Part shown: positions 61,873 to 64,000 of the stretch, in pieces
Position numbering within the stretch: position 1 is the stretch's first letter
Layout of the letters: each line of letters begins with the position of its first letter
Assembly: GCA_964016885.1 (NCBI GenBank)
Contig: OZ024748.1
Coordinates: 8,556,001 to 8,620,000, forward strand
Direction of reading: 5' to 3'
Length of the DNA stretch: 64,000 nucleotides
Origin: Eledone cirrhosa
Lineage: Eukaryota
Notes under the pieces: model-generated
Databases searched by the model: none
What the model was told of the DNA's origin: nothing
What the model saw: the letters and a program-made list of their open reading frames with translations, nothing else
Translations under genes and position numbers: made by a program

Positions 61873-62148
61873 TTAATTGTAAGTTGTGATGTTGCTGTTC
61901 CATTCATGCTTTCTATTTAGTTTTGGTTGGAGTTCATTTATGTTTATTGCCTCTGTGATTTGTCGAAACATTGCGTCTTTTCTGTGTGTAGATTCTATTT
62001 TTATTTCTATGTTCTTTAATTTACCCTTATGTTCGATTTTAACATGTTGGTAGAGTACAGATGATTCTTTACTATCTTGAAGCTCTCGCCAGTGTTTATT
62101 TATCCGTTCTCCTATACTACGAGCTGTCTCACCTATGTATATTATATT
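61873..62148 (-). pseudogene. GIY-YIG endonuclease C-terminal fragment of a Penelope-like element
   Basis: YIGETARSIGERINKH...SVLYQH...RQITEAININELQPKLNRKHEW contains the YIGET-R---R--EH and E---I---P-LN motifs of PLE endonucleases. Confidence 0.88.
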
Positions 62149-62217
62149 CTTATAAATTCTTAAGAATATATAAAAGAATATATAAAAACAATAAAAATGA
62201 AAATTCAAACAATAATA

Positions 62218-62402
62218 ATAATAATTGTTTCTACTTTTGGCACAAGGCCAGCAATTATCCAAGTGCATTACTGGTACTTTATTTTATCGACCACGTAAGG
62301 ATGAAAGGCAAAGTTGACCTCGACGGGATTTGAACTCAGACCATAAAGGGCCATAACTCTATGCTGAAAAGCATGGCGTCCGACCCGCTCCCGATACTGC
62401 CA
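62218..62402 (-). mobile_element. SINE family A
   Basis: Near full-length reverse copy flanked by AATAAT runs. Confidence 0.88.
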
Positions 62403-62445
62403 ATAATAATAATAGTAATATTCGATTACTATTATTAACCAACGG

Positions 62446-62536
62446 TTTACTTTGCCTTTCATCCTTACGGGGTCGATAAAATAACGTACCAGTAATGCAC
62501 TGGGTAATTGCTGGCCTTGTGCCAAAAGTAGAAACA
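62446..62536 (+). mobile_element. 5'-truncated SINE family A with a 15-bp TSD
   Basis: TSD ATTATTAACCAACGG at 62431-62445 and 62537-62551. Confidence 0.88.
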
Positions 62537-62806
62537 ATTATTAACCAACGGCCTCATTATGTTATATTTTGTGTTTGATGACCATCGACATCCGTTTGTT
62601 CAACAGTAACATCGAGGAATACATTTAAATACATTTAACGAAGATAATTGTATTGAATAAATGCGATATGAGTGACTCCCATCTATAAATGTGTTGATCG
62701 ATCAACATTACAGAAACTATGCTGATCAAACCTGTTCGATAATCATCTACCAATGATTTACAAACAAAACAGTTTTCTATATTATTCTAAAATAGAAGGT
62801 ATATGG

Positions 62807-62858
<52 letters not shown>

Positions 62859-62910
62859 TATATATATAAATAGAAGGTATATGGTACATATATATACATA
62901 TATATATATA

Positions 62911-62981
<71 letters not shown>

Positions 62982-63439
62982 TTGTATGTATATATATATA
63001 TATATATGCCTTGCCATCTCATGTGTCCACGATTTCTAATATACAGTGTGTATGTACATAAGCACTAATTTATATAAAAGTCATTATCTCCAATATAAAC
63101 TGAGTATTTCATTATGTCATATAGAACATTTGAATAGAGTATATTTAATGTAAGAAAGGTGGGGAGAAAGGAGGTAGGGGGAGGTATATCTAAAGTAGGA
63201 AGTTTAAAAGAAAGTGAGAAAGAATAGAAGAGAAACAAAGATAGAATTTGAGAAGAAAAACAAATGACTTTATGAAAAGTATTAAATTATTTATAAATAA
63301 TATTTACAATGAAGAGAAAAGGAAATGTCAGGAATAAAGACGAAAATATTTTAGAATCTTTATCAGGAAATATAAAATACAATATAAATAAAAAATATAT
63401 ATTTACTTAAACAATTAAGTACACTACGAGATAACATAA

Positions 63440-63795
63440 CTTTTACTGTCACACACATATATATTTCAGAATATAGACACTCACTTTAAGGTATGATGCT
63501 ACAAATATCCATTTTACTGTCACACACATATATTTCAGTACATAGACACACTCTTTGAGGTATGAGACTGAAAATATTCACTTTACTGTAACATATACAT
63601 CTCTGAATATAGACACACTCTTTGTCGTGTGATGCTACAAATATTCACTTTACTGTCACACATATACATCTCTGAATATAGACACACCCTTTGTCGTGTG
63701 ATGCTACAAATATTCACTTTACTGTCACACATATACATCTCTGAATATAGACACACTCTTTGCCGTGTGATGCTACAAATATTCACTTTACTGTT
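63440..63795. repeat. 69-bp minisatellite, about 5 units
   Basis: CTTTACTGTCACACATATACATCTCTGAATATAGACAC...GATGCTACAAATATTCA is repeated (63648, 63717). Confidence 0.92.
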
Positions 63796-64000
63796 ATATT
63801 CGATATCGCTTGTGGCTAACAAATGGTGTATTTATATTGATGATAGTATGAACCTTTTTAGCTGCCGGCAAACTTGTGCAATATTCTAACTAATGTGAAT
63901 AAACGATATGCAAACATGCTCAAATAAGCACTTCTACAAATACATATCATTATGAAAGAAACATACACTAATACAACACAAACTCACATTGATATATATA

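Larger units (their letters stand above)
61412..62150 (-). mobile_element. 5'-truncated Penelope-like retroelement
   Basis: GIY-YIG ORF end followed by a 3' UTR/pseudo-LTR with a hammerhead, ending at a (TA)n tract. Confidence 0.88.

Overview
Eukaryotic, AT-rich and extremely microsatellite-dense non-coding DNA. The SINE and microsatellite make-up resembles octopod cephalopod genomes, but that is my recollection and inference, not a database result. I find no supportable host protein-coding exon, rRNA, intact tRNA or CRISPR array, and nearly all listed ORFs are translations of simple repeats. The real coding sequence is retroelement-derived: (i) a 5'-truncated but uninterrupted L1/Tx1-type LINE ORF2 (RT plus Cys/His finger, 45342-47384) inserted inside an (ATCT)n tract; (ii) the GIY-YIG endonuclease C-terminus of a Penelope-like element (PLE) at 61873-62148 on the minus strand; (iii) four RTE-type LINE 3' ends. 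The most notable signal is a set of type-I hammerhead ribozyme (HHR) motifs read by eye: 32445-32510 (+), 32799-32849 (-), 33473-33523 (+), 35271-35313 (+), 47789-47833 (+) and 61627-61669 (-), plus two fold-back palindromes that keep only the 3' half of a hammerhead (17740-17930, 31838-32039). They belong to 4-5 sequence families of short PLE terminal fragments lying in or beside (TA)n tracts. Also present are many SINE copies (two with clear TSDs), a hAT MITE and about ten minisatellites, one of which appears to have grown out of an RTE LINE 3' end. Coordinates were counted by hand and may be off by a few bases.
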